DNA of 64,000 bases, from contig JAGIQG010000017.1 in NCBI GenBank assembly GCA_024679065.1, positions 28,148,001-28,212,000 on the forward strand, in the 5' to 3' direction. Source of the stretch: Sphyrna mokarran. Its lineage: Eukaryota. Made by a program: the position numbers and the translations under genes. The notes under the pieces are model-generated. The model made no database searches, had not been told where the DNA came from, and saw only the letters and a program-made list of their open reading frames with translations. Shown in pieces: positions 1 to 12,199 of the stretch (positions are counted from its first letter, which is position 1; every line of letters begins with the position of its first letter).

Positions 1-260
1 TACTTTAAAATATCAACACAGTTGGGAAGACCATCTGCAGTTCCCCTCCAAACCACACAGCATCTTGACTCAGATCTATAATCGCCATTGCTTCATTTGC
101 TGCATCAAAATCCTGGAATTCCCTTCCTAACAGCACTGCTGGTTTACCTATAACACATGGACTGCAGTGGTTCATCATCACCTTCTCAAGGGCAATAAGG
201 AATGAGGCACAAATGCTGGTCTTGGCTACAACACTTGCATCCTATGAAAGAATTAAAAAA
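1..260 (+). mobile_element. 3' end of a CR1-clade LINE (shark family)
   Basis: TCAAAATCCTGGAATTCCCTTCCTAACAGCACTG...CACCTTCTCAAGGGCAAT followed by an A-rich tail. The reverse complement of the same terminus caps the RT-bearing copy at ~16000 and recurs at ~57900. Confidence 0.7.
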
Positions 261-327
261 GAAACAGCAATTTATGTAAAGAAAAATACAGTTTTACATT
301 GTACCTTTACAAAATATAGAGGTACAA

Positions 328-525
328 TGGGTGGGATTTTTCTGCCCCTCCACTGTGTGTTTCATGGTGGCGGAAGGTGCAGCATCACTCATTGGCAGCA
401 TGATCTTATGGTCCCACTATTGTCTGAGGTTTCTGCTGAATGCACCCCTCACCACTGGAAAACCCACAGTGGGATAGTGTCATCAGCAGGACGATAAGGT
501 CCCTCCAGTGTAAACTCCAGCAAGA
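328..525. mobile_element. Short decayed MITE-like non-autonomous DNA transposon
   Basis: Starts GGGTGGGATTTTTC and shares internal wording with the elements at ~10500 and ~10940 (gatcttatggtcccact vs gatcttctagtcccact). Boundaries approximate. Confidence 0.4.
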
Positions 526-1059
526 TTTTGACATACATGTATATGCTGAAATATTCACAAAGAAAAATATAGAGCAGGGATTAATAGTGATAGTATACCA
601 GAACCTCATGTTCACTGAAATCAAAGTAGAAAATCTTGGATTAGGAAAGGATAACAGAGTACAACTAAAAGTAAACTTGGGAAGATAGATTATGGGAAAA
701 CAGCGCTACAAAGAATTGGATGGGACACAAGTCCCAATTTCTTCCATTTTCGAAGGGACATGCTTTGTAGATGATAAACACAGACAGCACCAAATAGTAC
801 CATTATTACAAAATTCTGAATTCATTTTGAATGTTTGTAATTGAGGAGACCTAAAGATTAAGATTTGTTGTTCTTTATCTTTGCTATTGCTTAACTTTCC
901 TGAGTGTAGCTGTGTTGATATTTTAAAATATCCCATGTGTTAAGTTCTAAGTGGTAGAGGTTGTGGGTTTGGATGTCGCTATCGAAGGAGCTTTGGTTGT
1001 TTTCTGTAGTGCACTTTGTAATTGATAAACTCTGCTACCATTGTATGTCAAGGGATAAT

Positions 1060-1441
1060 GTAAGTATTGGTACAATAAATATTATATCAATACTTATATC
1101 GTGTGAACTTTAGCTGGTGCAATGATAAATCTGTTCAAAGGATTTTGTTTATTGGATATTGGTTTTGATTGGAATATCTGATATATGTTGGTTAACGGTT
1201 ATACATTATTGTGATTTTTTTGTTTTTAAATGTAATTGATAAAAGCTATTGCTAATATTCATCCCATATATGTTAACTATATTCTTAAATAACTTAGTTT
1301 TGATAAGCTTCCTAGTGGATCTTTTGAATTACACCTGAAGTGAAACTTCTCATGCTTATTCTAGCGAAATTCAAAAAGCAAAAGTTATGATTTAAATGGG
1401 CTTCATAAAACGCATTGTCGCTTCTAACCTGAACTATAACA
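1060..1441 (+). mobile_element. LTR 3' fragment of a Gypsy-type element
   Basis: Its last ~140 nt align by eye with the LTR-like end at 61130-61268 (gaattacacctgaagtg vs gaatcactcctggagta; cgaaattcaaaaagcaaaagtt vs cgaaatttaaaaaaaaagtt). It ends in ...TAACA. Confidence 0.45.
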
Positions 1442-2649
1442 AAAGGAACAATTTTCGCATTGTGACACTCCATACCACACATCTTTTTCTTCATTTCTTC
1501 AATTTTACTTTAAAGTTCTAATAGTTCATTGGTTTCACTTTTTAATTCTTTCAACCAATTGTCCTGATTTGTCAGAACTCCTTTTCCTGTTCAAGGGATT
1601 TTTCCTGATACTTCATAAATATTTCTAATGCTTGAAATTCACTAGGTTTTAACTAAAGATTAAGCTTTGCTAAGTTTGCTTTATCAAGTTTATCCTTTGG
1701 ACATTTCAAGTTGTCAGTCAAATCTTCAACTTTCTCTGACTAATTCTCAACAATTCTTTTTTTTAATTCACAAACTCCTCTTTCATACATGAGAGTTGAT
1801 TTTCTACATTACTCAGGTTTTCTTCAATTTCTTTGTTATGTGCAATAAATGTCTAAATGTTGTCCATAGTAGTTTTCAGAAGTTCATTAAGATCACTATG
1901 ATCAACAAATGTTGCAATATAGTTGCAATCATGTTAGTGTCTCCATAAACCAAATCATTACCTGGAATGAAATGTATTGCTCCAATTGGTAATAAAGGAA
2001 TGATTTCCACTGCAAGAACTATGTTCACAAAGTTATTTCTTGCATTAACTTCACACAAAGAACAGATTCATCCCTTCCATTAATAACCATTACAAATATT
2101 TTTCCCTTTATGAAGCAATCTAGAACCAATTTGTATTAACTGCCACCATCAATAATTGATCTGCTCCTGTATTTCTTAAAACTTTAATTAGTTTATTTAT
2201 TGTGATCGACAAATAGAGGAATACTTCTCTCTTTGAAGCAAAATATCCAGAATCCTCAATAACCTGGCTTCCTTCACCAATACTCAACTATCTTGAATGT
2301 AATCCCATTTCCTCATTGATTCTGAAAGAGCATGTTTTACCTGTACCACTGCTATAATTTTCACAGCAATTCCCTTTCCACATGCTTCCTTTCCTAATAT
2401 TGCAGCTGGTCTCCTGTTTAGTTTCCAACAATCTGCCTGCATGTCTCACTTTGTTTTAATTGAAATAGTTAGGCACCTGAATGTCACAAGATAATGGAAA
2501 AAGAAATTTGGTTCTATGGACCAGTTCATAATCATCAGCCAGCTCTTCTGCCTGCTTGGCAGGCAGTTTTAACTTTTTGTTCTCAATATGAGATCTAATA
2601 AGGAAATTAAGTGAATCTTTAAATCCTTCTAAAATAATCACTTAAGGCT

Positions 2650-3092
2650 TCATATGTTCTCTGTGGAACTTGGCTATCAGTTTCTGCTCAGGCTGACACA
2701 CTTCATGACACACAATGCAGAATCGCTGAGCAGAAACTGATGGCCAAGTTCTGCACACATGAGGACAGCCTCAATCGGGATCTTGGGTTAATGTCACACT
2801 ATCTGTAACCCCCACGACTTGCCTGGGCTTGCAAAATCTTGCTAACTATTTTGGCTGGAGAGAATACACACTTCAACTTGTGCTTGGCTCTATCTCCACT
2901 CACATTGTTTCTATTTTTAAGGCTTGATATCCCGTAAACACTCGCATTATCTTGTAAATTGGGTTTGTGTCTGCATATGCCCTGTTTGTGCATACAAGTC
3001 CTCACTCACCTGATGAAAAAGCAATGCTCCAAAAATTTGTGCTGCCAGATAAACCTGTTGAATTTTAACCTGGTTTTGAGACTTCTTACTGT
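2650..3092 (+). mobile_element. Penelope-like element 3' end with an inverted 5' piece and a degenerate hammerhead motif
   Basis: Encodes a degenerate GIY-YIG C-terminus (RIAEQKLMAKFCTHEDSLNRDLG). A 30-bp inverted repeat spans 2662-2691 and 2726-2755. CTGATGA..GCTCCAAAA lies at 3010-3034. Confidence 0.7.
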
Positions 3093-3202
3093 ATTTTCTG
3101 TAAGCCAGTCAGAGTTAGAACTTCCATTTTTAGAAAAGCCTTAGCATTTTCCAATACCTTTTTGTATTCTAACCATAAAATATACCTTACATATCTCCAA
3201 TT

Positions 3203-3490
3203 GTGGCATAGTGGTTAGCACTGCTGCCCCTCAACACCAGGAACCTGGGTTCGATTCCTGGTTTGGGTCACTGTCTGTGCGGAGTCTGCACTTTCTCCCC
3301 TTGTCAACGTGGGTTTCCTCCGGGTGCTCTGGTTTCTTCCAACAATCCAAAAGAAGTGCTGGTTAGGTGCATTGACCATACTAAATTCTCTCTCCGTGTG
3401 CCCGAACAGGTGCCAGAGTGTGGCGACTAGGGACTTTTCACAGTCACTTCATTGCAATGTTAATGTAAGTATGCTTGTGACTAATAAATA
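3203..3490 (+). mobile_element. tRNA-derived V-SINE (HE1-related)
   Basis: A box TGGCATAGTGG, B box GGTTCGATTCC, V-domain core GGGTTTCCTCCGGGTGCTCTGGTTTC and an AATAAA tail. Confidence 0.85.
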
Positions 3491-3672
3491 CACATTTTTT
3501 TCTTTTAATTGATTTAATTGAGTTGCTCACTTAGTCCTTTTTAAGGATCCTACTATTTAACAGTAAATCCCACATCAAGTTTTACTATTCAGCAATCCAG
3601 TACATTGGTTTCCATTTTCAAAGTATGAATTACAACTAATCAGCATCAAATAACTCTGTCTCCACATTTTGA

Positions 3673-3690
3673 AATCCTGCAATAGCGCCA
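3673..3690 (-). other. Primer-binding site, probably for tRNA-Ser
   Basis: Minus strand reads TGGCGCTATTGCAGGATT, 4 nt inside the LTR end. It resembles the complement of the vertebrate tRNA-Ser(CGA) 3' end (TGGCGCTGTGAGCAGGATT). Confidence 0.6.
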
Positions 3691-3694
3691 CTTT

Positions 3695-4978
3695 TGTTAT
3701 GATCCCAGTTGGTATTACTACTGGGTGGGAAGATTCCCTTGGCTCAAAATATCACAACATACCCCTTTTTTAGCAAACCTGGAGGAACAGAGACACAAGA
3801 CAACTAATTAGTTCTGGCAACAAGGAAAATGCAATTATTACATATTGATTATAATACAAAATGCTTTTCGTCAGCCCCCCCCCCACATCCCCACCCCAGC
3901 TTTGCAAATGTATACCATTTTTAAAAATAACACCCCACTCTGCACCAAACGGCTAATGCCACTCCAACTGATCTTCCATGGACTTCTCACAATCCCCCCT
4001 GATGATTATCACATAAGTTTCCAAACAGCACTCCAAAAAATATGCTTTAAAATCATCTTTCAAACAATACTTTCTATCAACCATTTCCATTAAAAATCCA
4101 CACCAAGTTTTCCAGCAATCATAGAATGCAGATAGAAACTCTATAGTGCAGAAAGACGCCATTTGGCCCATTAAGTTTGCACTGACCACAACCCCACCCT
4201 GGCCCTATCCCTATATTTACCCACTAATCCCTCCAACCTACACATCTCAGGACACTAAGGGGCAATTTTAGCATGGCTAATCAACCTAACCTGCACATCT
4301 TTGGACAATGAGAGGAAACCAGAGCACCCAGAGGAAACCCACACAGACATGAGGAGAATGTGTGGAGTTTGCACAGTCAGCGACCCAAGCTGGGAATCAA
4401 ACCCAGGTCCTTGGAGCTGGGCTAACCACTGCTACTGTGCATATCCTGTCAAACAAACTTCGAAACTCTGTTTAAGTACCTGTTTCCTCAGTTCCCTTAA
4501 CCCCAGACTTCTTGGAAACTTCTCTTTCTTTCTCTCGTTTTCTAAATTTGCTGTTCTTTAAGTCTTCTGCATTTGTTTTCTTAATCATTACTCCATGGTT
4601 GACTTTACTTCTAACAAAATAGAAGTAATGTTCCCTCTCTACTCTGTTATAATTAACTGCTGTATTCAGCTAAAACTACACCCGTAAAGTTATCCTATGC
4701 TAAAGGTGCACTGGTTATTAAACAATGACTTTATACTTCTCCCAGCTTGTTTGTTTTTATGCTGTAGCCCTCTCTAAGATCAATAAAAGCACAGTTTGAA
4801 ATGAAACCAAACCCATATATACCTTTTTTAGCATGAACCCAGTTCTAATCCTCTTATACAGAACCACTAAATTAAACCCATTTAAATCTGTACATTATTT
4901 CTAATATTTAACAATACAAATATAAATTACAATACAATACAAATATAAATCCTTTAAAATACCTTTGTTTTCCTGACA
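3695..4978 (-). mobile_element. 5' LTR of the Gypsy element (contains a SINE insertion)
   Basis: TG...CA termini (minus strand TGTCAGG...GGGATCATAACA), directly followed by the PBS and the gag remnant. Confidence 0.6.
4118..4440 (-). mobile_element. HE1-type V-SINE with CR1/HER1-like tail
   Basis: Reverse V core GGAAACCAGAGCACCCAGAGGAAACCC and a tail shared with the CR1 3' ends in this window. Confidence 0.85.
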
Positions 4979-5103
4979 CTAGTCAATTTATGTCTTGAGA
5001 TACCTATAAATTGCCCTTTTTGGCAACTTTATAAATTGTAATTAAGGCCCAAGTCATTTGTACACTGTGCAAACTTAATTTTGAGTTGAACACATCAAAG
5101 GCA

Positions 5104-5960
5104 GGATAATGGCTACCCTGATTAGATCATTGCTCATTGTACATCATTCAAACTCAAGGATGGGCCTAAGACTGTCATTTTTCCAACTGACTTCAGATTA
5201 CCCAAAAAGAGCAAGATGTCTCAAAAGTTTAAGCATCAGGTGAAGGTAGCTGTTTCACACTGCTTCCATACAGTAGCAACATAAGTGGTATTCACTACTA
5301 ACTGGATGCTGCCACCAAACCAAAAAGATGTTCTGCCTCTTGCATATATGAGCAAATATGTGGTATATGAATTTCAGTACTGGAGTGATGCCAGGTATGT
5401 AGGCCATATGTCCCAATGACTGGAGGATCATTTCAAAAGCAAGTCTTTTTGGCTGCTCATGGCAGGCAAAATACTAACTGTACCCAACCAACCTTTACGT
5501 GTAAAACTCAAAACAAAATGTCTAACATTAAATGTGATTGTGCAGTTGGATAACACATGCTAAAAAATCAAGATTGTGCAAAGAACTATACTGAAAACCA
5601 ATTTAAAAATTTCAGAATGTGGCTCCCTATGCATGCTACAAATCACATATATTCACACACAAGGATCTGTCCTTTGCAGACAGAAGGAGCATATACACAC
5701 CTTGTGCCTTTTGCAACTAACCTAAAGTATTGGGGACAGGCATTACCTGATTCATTCTTCGTGGTAATGCCTTGTTGAATTGGAGTTGATCTACCTGCTT
5801 TGAATTTGAACAAAAGCTTGGCAGTTAACTTGTCCCTGTTGCTTCTTCAATGGTAATGCCTCCACCAATCAGAGTCCACTTAACAACCAGTCATCAATCT
5901 TTTCTCATGCAGTATAAATTATTGTTCCGTTTACTGTTAATTTTTTTATCTGTTCTGAAA
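5104..5960 (+). mobile_element. Penelope-like element remnant (GIY-YIG endonuclease region)
   Basis: Degenerate translation DNGYPD...QKDVLP...VVYEFQYWSDARYVGH matches the VY..YVG GIY-YIG signature. Multiple stops. Confidence 0.7.
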
Positions 5961-6629
5961 GTAAGTTAAACTATTTTCAAGTTTATAAGATTTTTTAGGA
6001 ACTAGAAAGAACCACGAACTCAAACAAGCCTGTGCCATTTTCATAGATTAGCCATACCTCACAAATCTTTCTCTTTCCAGAACTGCAGCCAATTGCCTCT
6101 TGAAGCCATGTTATTTAATTAATTGATCATTTAACAAGAGTCTGTGTTTCCCTTTTATAACGGTTTTATTCACTTTACCACTAACATCACCAAGGAGAAG
6201 GTAAGAACCTTACTCCTATGAAAATGCGATTATTGAGATGTTTTTCCTTACTTTGAAAGATTTACAGTTTTTCTGAATTATTCATTTTTCACCTGTATGA
6301 ATGGATCTCAACAATCAGTATGTTATCCAGTATGTTAATTTAATTATTCTTCTTTCCACTATTATCCTGTTTCCATGAATGTACTCTGGGCCCTAGGCTT
6401 CTCAAAGCTATTATTAATGCTGACTTCTACTGGAAGACATGAAGTAATTCTGCTTTTCTCATTCTGAATAAAGCACATTGCTCACACAAGAGGTACCGAT
6501 AATATATTTTACTCTTGACATAATAGTTTAATTATTAACAAATGATCTGTTTAGTTCTTGCTTTATAAGACATACAACCACAATACTAAGTTTGAGCATT
6601 GATTTACTCCCAGGTGTGCGATTGACTAA

Positions 6630-7700
6630 TAGAATCATAGTACCTTACAATAAAGAAGTAGGCAATTCAGCCCATAATCTGTGTGCCAGCTCAAGCAAAG
6701 GGCTATACAAATTAATGTCACTATTGTGACATTATTGTGACTATTGTGACACTATTGTGACTATTCTTTTCCCAAAGCCTTGCATTTTTCTGCTCTTCAA
6801 GCATTTATGAAATATTTTTGAACGTTATTGTATGTGAAATGGCTTTCACTACCTCTCAGACAATGCATTCGAGCTGCTTGCAAAAAATGTTTTCTCAAAT
6901 CATAGTAGGCTCTTTTGCCAATTACTTTAAATTTATGTTCTCCAATTACTGACATTTTGGTCATTAGAACTATTTCCCCTATTTATCCTCTCAAAGCCTT
7001 TCAGTATTTTGAAAACCTCAATTAAATATCTCTTTCTTTGTCTCTACTGTAAGGAGTTTTTCTAGTCTCTGTCTGAATCCCATCAATCTTGGTAGCACTT
7101 TAATAAATCTTCTCTGCACCTTCTCCAAAGACTTGACATTCTTCTAGATTTGCGATGCCTAGAATTGAAGACAATGTTCCAGATCATGTCGAAGTAGTGA
7201 TTTGTGAATGTTTACTTCAAGTTCCATGTTTTTGGACTCAATGTCTCTATCATTAAAGCCAAGGACCTGTATTCTTTCTCTGATATCTTTCTCAACTCTT
7301 GTCTTTCCGTCTTAAAGGTTTCTGTACACAGCCCTCCAGATTTCTTGCTCACCCTTTAAAATTGTATCACCTGGCTTATATTACATTTCTTCATTCTTCT
7401 GCCAAAAATGTATTGTTCATATTTCTCTACACTAAATTTCATCAGCTAAATATCTCCCATTTCAACAGCCTGTCTATGTTCTCCATTACTACCTTTTTCA
7501 CTGTTTGCTACTTTTCTATATTTTATGTCATCTGCAAATTTTGGAATGATGCTCTTTATATACAAGTCTAGGCTATGATTTTATATCAAAAACAGCAATT
7601 GTCTTAATAATAGTTTCTGGAGACATGACATATATTTTCTTCTACTTTGAAAAACAACCATTGACCACAACTCTGTTTTCTGTCTATTAGCTAATATTGC
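6630..7700 (-). mobile_element. Old CR1 LINE 3' fragment
   Basis: Reversed CR1 tail at ~6630. GTCATCTGCAAA at ~7527 reads FADD (RT motif) on the minus strand. Confidence 0.6.
6720..6765. repeat. Short tandem repeat of a 9-11 bp CTATTGTGA(CA) unit, about 4.5 copies
   Basis: ctattgtgac attattgtga ctattgtgac actattgtga ctatt. Confidence 0.85.
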
Positions 7701-8559
7701 CTTGTTAGTATTCACAATCAATTGTTGATCTCCAGCAGTTACAAAGAATACAATCATTCCAGATGTTTACATACTGTATATTGTGCCAATATCAATACAG
7801 TACTTTCTAACAGTCCAGGCGAAAACCAGCTAACTTTGTTCTACTTCACAGAGTGCAGACGCACATACAAAATATATATCTCAAATGTATTCTAGTTGCA
7901 ATTAAAGGCATTACCAGAAGGTGACAAAATAGAACTACATAAATTCTTATAAAGTGAATGTTCCTTAGTAGAGAATGGCTATGAATAAACATAGAATTAA
8001 GAAGCAAACCATATTGTATATGTAGTGATTCAGGACTTTGTTGCATTAGTGCATTGTTTTACACCAATTCATCCTGATGGTTTTCCATATATTGAATTCT
8101 TGATTTTAGCTGAATCGTCAGGTTTATATACCAAGCTCAGCATTGTACCCCTGGACAAAATACTGATTGTAAATTCACTAGAGGAGGCAGAAATAATGGG
8201 TAGAGCCATCCTGGTTAACAATGTTAGTGGAGAATAATGGAACGCTATTAGCACAGGTCGAGGCGCATATCAACTACTTGAGATCTGCCGACTGGAAGAC
8301 AACATCTGTTATGAGGCGAACCTGTAAAGGACATAAGCAACTTTTAAAAAATTGGAAGGAAATATAAATTAACAGCAAATTGCAAAACTGTAGGATAAAA
8401 ATGAATTGTGACATTATTTGGAAATGAAAACAAATGAATGACTTAATTGGGGAAAATGTGCGCAAATGATCTGAATCTAAAATTTTAGAATTATAACCTT
8501 TCAGTCCAAAATACGGCAGAATTTAGCAAACTTCCTGCTCTACGTCCATACAAACAGTC

Positions 8560-9720
8560 AAAATAGGAACAGAAGTAGGTCATTTTTCCCTTTCGTTCAG
8601 TAAGATCATGAGGGACATCTCTCAAGATTTTGTTAAAATGTCAGTTCTGGTGAGCAAACCGTTGTGAAGCACTCCAGCTCCACTGGCCGGTTTCCTCCCA
8701 GAATACTCACACTTTGACAGCTAAAAGAAAGAGTGGGCAGGTTTTTTGCACCATGAGCCTGATGGGGCAAGTACTCACAGCTGATAAAGCCAGCTGCACA
8801 GAGATTGAGATGCCATTTTTAAAGGGTGCTCTAATCCAAACAAAAAGACACATATTAACTTCATCCCTCATTTAAAATAAAGTGGATACTTGTAAACAAA
8901 GTTTAAAAAGGACAAAAAATATATTCCCATTTCACCACATATAAATGCCCCCCATGACGCACTCAAGTCCTGACCTGGCAGTGCCAACCAGTACTAGGAG
9001 ACAGTGCCAGTCAACAACCTGGCCATGACCCCCTCCACGGGGGCCATGCTTTCTCATGTACCCCAGAAGGATCTCCCGACAGGTTTACATTTTAAAAGAT
9101 CCAGTTGGAACCTCACCAATGTGATCCATGTCAGTGAGGTATGAACATTCAGTGAAGTGGGTGATTTGATGACAGAGCTAATTGATTATATTCAGATTTA
9201 TTAAAGTGTATTAAAATCAGGTTCTCACCCATTATATGAATTTACTTACGTCATTGACAAAGGCCAATGAAAATTGGAAATCACAGTTATGCCAGAGTGA
9301 ACCATGCTTTTAGAATCTCACAGTATTTTGACCCCACTCTGCTGATCCCACAAAGAATGTGGGGTCAGAATCCTTCATCCATAGTTGATTTATTTATGTT
9401 TTGAGTTATCCATTCCTGGTAACCTTTGATTCTAGTCGAATATGAATCTATCTATCTCTGCCTTAAAAATAATCAATGACTCCTCTTCAGCTCCCTCCTA
9501 AGGAAAAGAACTCCAAATTCTCACAATCCTCTGAAAGAAAAGCTTTCTCCTCATCTCTGACCAATTAGAGCAACGCCTAATTTTTCACACAAATTAGTCT
9601 CTTGGTCTGCACTCACCCATAAGAGGATATGTCCTTTCCATTTCCATTTTGTCAAGACTATTTAGAATGTTATACACTTCAATCAAATCACCCCTCATGC
9701 CTCTAAACTCCAGTGGAAAA
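8560..9720 (-). mobile_element. CR1 3' fragment split by a ~760-bp insertion (probable non-autonomous DNA transposon, ~8612-9375)
   Basis: The CR1 tail ATAGGAACAGAAGTAGG..TAAGATCATG stops at ~8610, and CR1-like sequence resumes at ~9380. Confidence 0.45.
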
Positions 9721-9898
9721 TAATATTGTAAACAATAATTACGACTGGAGTAAACTACAAGGCCATAGTCATCTGTGATCTACTATCTTTTATCACTGCA
9801 TCACACAAAATTGCTTCCTAGTTATACATTCATTTATAATTATCCACTGTAGAGGAATATTTACTTATTCATTCATTCAGTAATATTCATTAGTCACA

Positions 9899-10202
9899 GG
9901 GCAACAGGGTGGCACAGTAGTTGGAACTACTGCCTCACAGCACTGGGGACCCGGGTTCCTGAGTAGAGTTTGCACATTCTCCCTGTGTCTGCATGGGTTT
10001 CCTGCAGGTCCTCCAATTTTCTCTCACAATGTAAAGGTGAGCGGGTTAGGTTGATTGACCATGCTAAATTGCCCCTTTGTGTCACAGGAATGAGAAGTGT
10101 GAATATATGAGGTTATGGGGATATGGCCTGGGTGAGATTGTTGTCAGTGCAGGCACAATGGGCCAAGTGACTTTGTTTTGCACTGCAGGGATTCTATGAT
10201 TC
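9899..10202 (+). mobile_element. HE1-type V-SINE
   Basis: tRNA-like head, V core, and tail ...GGGATTCTATGATTC. Confidence 0.85.
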
Positions 10203-10308
10203 ACATTTCAATCATGTTTTAACTGCAGTAGAATAGATTTGAGATATGCACTGGAGCTTCCTGTTTTAAAGTCTTAGTAAGTCTTTGGTAGCTGTTTGTT
10301 TAACAAAG

Positions 10309-10358
10309 ATATATATATAATATTATATACTATATATGTATATATTTCATTATATATT
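10309..10358. repeat. (TA)n-rich microsatellite
   Basis: atatatatataatattatatactatatatgtatatatt. Confidence 0.8.
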
Positions 10359-10369
10359 AACATCTTTCG

Positions 10370-10905
10370 GCAATGGTTCAGTTGGTAGCATTTTCACTTG
10401 AGTCTGCATGTTGTGGGTTCACTCTAAAACTCAATTACAACAATTCTAGACTGACACTTCAACGCAACACTGACAGAATGCTGCACCGTTATAGATACTG
10501 TGGCAGGATTTTCTTGCCCTTTCTGCTGCAGGATCTTCTAGTCCCACTGACCATGCACCCTTGTCATGGGTTCCTCAGCAGTGTGGAGTGAGTTCAATGG
10601 GAATCCCAGTGATTGTGGTTGGACCAGAAAGTCCCACCACTCGATGGGGGCTGAATGACTTGCTTTTGGACTGTAAGATTCCATGATTCTGTGAGTTACC
10701 TCTGGTGTCCTGACCAATATTTATTCCTCCGACGAATAGCACAAAAATATTTTTTCATTGCTTTTTTGTGGGACTTATAGTATGCAAGTTAACATCTGTG
10801 TTTTCCACAATACAAGGATGGCAACACATCAAGAAGTAGCTAATTCATTGAGAAATATTTAAGATGATTGTGAAAGGTACTATGTACATACAAGTCTTTC
10901 TTTTG
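10370..10905 (+). mobile_element. Deu-domain SINE (SacSINE1/AmnSINE-like), interrupted by a MITE at ~10498-10645
   Basis: tRNA-like head GGTTCAGTTGGTAGCA, Deu-like GGTGTCCTGACCAATATTTATTCCTC, and tail GTGAAAGGTACTATGTACATACAAGTCTTTC. Confidence 0.65.
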
Positions 10906-10938
10906 TTTTCCCCATGGTGTTGATTCAACCAAGATTTC

Positions 10939-11075
10939 AGGTGGGATTTTCCAGTCACACCCATCCCAAGACTGGAAATTCCTGCCCAAGATCAATGGAC
11001 CTTTAAGTGGTTGGTCATATTTTCTGTCACTCCAGCTACGGTTCCTGCAGTGGGCAGGAGCAGAAAATTTACTCA
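10939..11075. mobile_element. MITE-like element with internal hairpin
   Basis: GGGATTTTCCAGTC pairs with GACTGGAAATTCC; the terminus ...AGAAAATTTACTC mirrors the start. Confidence 0.5.
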
Positions 11076-11833
11076 AGAGTTTATTGTGTGGGCATCAGGA
11101 GTGTCAGCCCAAGACTATCACACTTGTGATAAATAAACTACACCACTGAGTTATCATCTGAGACTTTGATTTTGCAGAATTTGCAACTTTCACAAGTATT
11201 GTGTCTTGATAACATAGTAGCAGAAGCTATGACATCTGTTATTAAAAAATGAACAGTCCCTTTAACTCAATAACCTCTTACGCAGGTTTACTCATCTTGT
11301 CGTCAATGTTTTAAAATTATGTACCGTCTGGAATTTTCATTAAATCAAATGAGAAATCTTTTCTTGAGTACGTTTGATTCAGGAATGAGGTACAACATCT
11401 TGCCAGTAGGTTGTGCTGTGTAACACCACATCACTACAGCCCTTCCTGCCATCTGTCTAAATCAAAATCAACTTCAGCATTTTCATGAAACAAGATACAG
11501 CCTTGAGTTTCTCATCATCCACAGTACACACCCAAAGAAATCTGCCTTATTACTTATCCAACGATATACCTTTTTTCACAACAATGAGATAAAGAACAGT
11601 TTTAATCCTTGCCTGCCAAGAACAATGACAAGAACATACCAAGAACAGGATAAACAAAAGGGTTTAAAATCACTTCTGTGATCAGCTCATTCCCCCATTA
11701 TTCCAACTGATCTGTGCAGTCAGGCATCTGTCCTAGGCAAGTAGGGTCATAGTTAAAAGGTTGAAGTCCCGCTTTGTTATAGTCATACCTGTACCCACCA
11801 CATTTTAACTATAAATTGTGGATAAAAGTAAAG

Positions 11834-12113
11834 TTTATTTATTAGTCACCAGTAATCTGCAATGAAATTACTGTGTAAATCCCCTAGTTACCACACTTCA
11901 GTGCCTGTTCAGGTGTGTGGAGGGTGAATTTAGCATGGCCAATTTACCTAATCTGCATATCTTTGGACTGTGGGAAGAAACCGGAGCACCCGGAGGAAAC
12001 CCATACAGAGACAGCAAGGATGCGCAAACTCCACACAGACAGTGACCCAAACCAGGAATTGAACCTGCGTTCCTGGTGCTAGGAGGCAGCAGTGCTAACC
12101 ACTTTGCCACCAT
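11834..12113 (-). mobile_element. V-SINE (same subfamily as 3203-3490)
   Basis: Reverse complement of the 3203 copy, including its distinctive tail. Confidence 0.85.
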
Positions 12114-12199
12114 GTCACCCATTGATTCTTTCATTCTTGAACCTGCAAGCATAGCCTTGCTGGATTGGCATTTGAGAGGTCCTGATGCAGTATTATGGG

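Larger units (their letters stand above)
1442..3690 (-). mobile_element. Decayed Gypsy (Gmr1-like) internal region: gag and protease remnants, interrupted by Penelope and SINE insertions
   Basis: Minus-strand peptides in gag-to-protease order: ILEGFKDSL..IRSHIE..AEELADDYELVH (SCAN-like capsid, 2456-2641), a degenerate CCHC knuckle (~2420-2475), KVLRNTGADQLL (aspartyl-protease DTG-like, ~2150-2190) and AIHFIPGNDL (~1950-1985). Many stops and frameshifts. Confidence 0.7.

Noticed and set aside
530-800. Purine-rich, coding-looking stretch (ORF 440-688 and continuation)
   Set aside because: No recognisable homology or convincing splice sites; probably transposon debris.
3203-3275. tRNA gene-like A/B boxes here and at 9899, 46427, 52963 and 62683
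   Set aside because: They are SINE heads continuing into V-domain sequence and do not form a cloverleaf.
6720-6765. Repeat array considered as CRISPR-like
   Set aside because: Simple slippage repeat without spacers, in a vertebrate genome.
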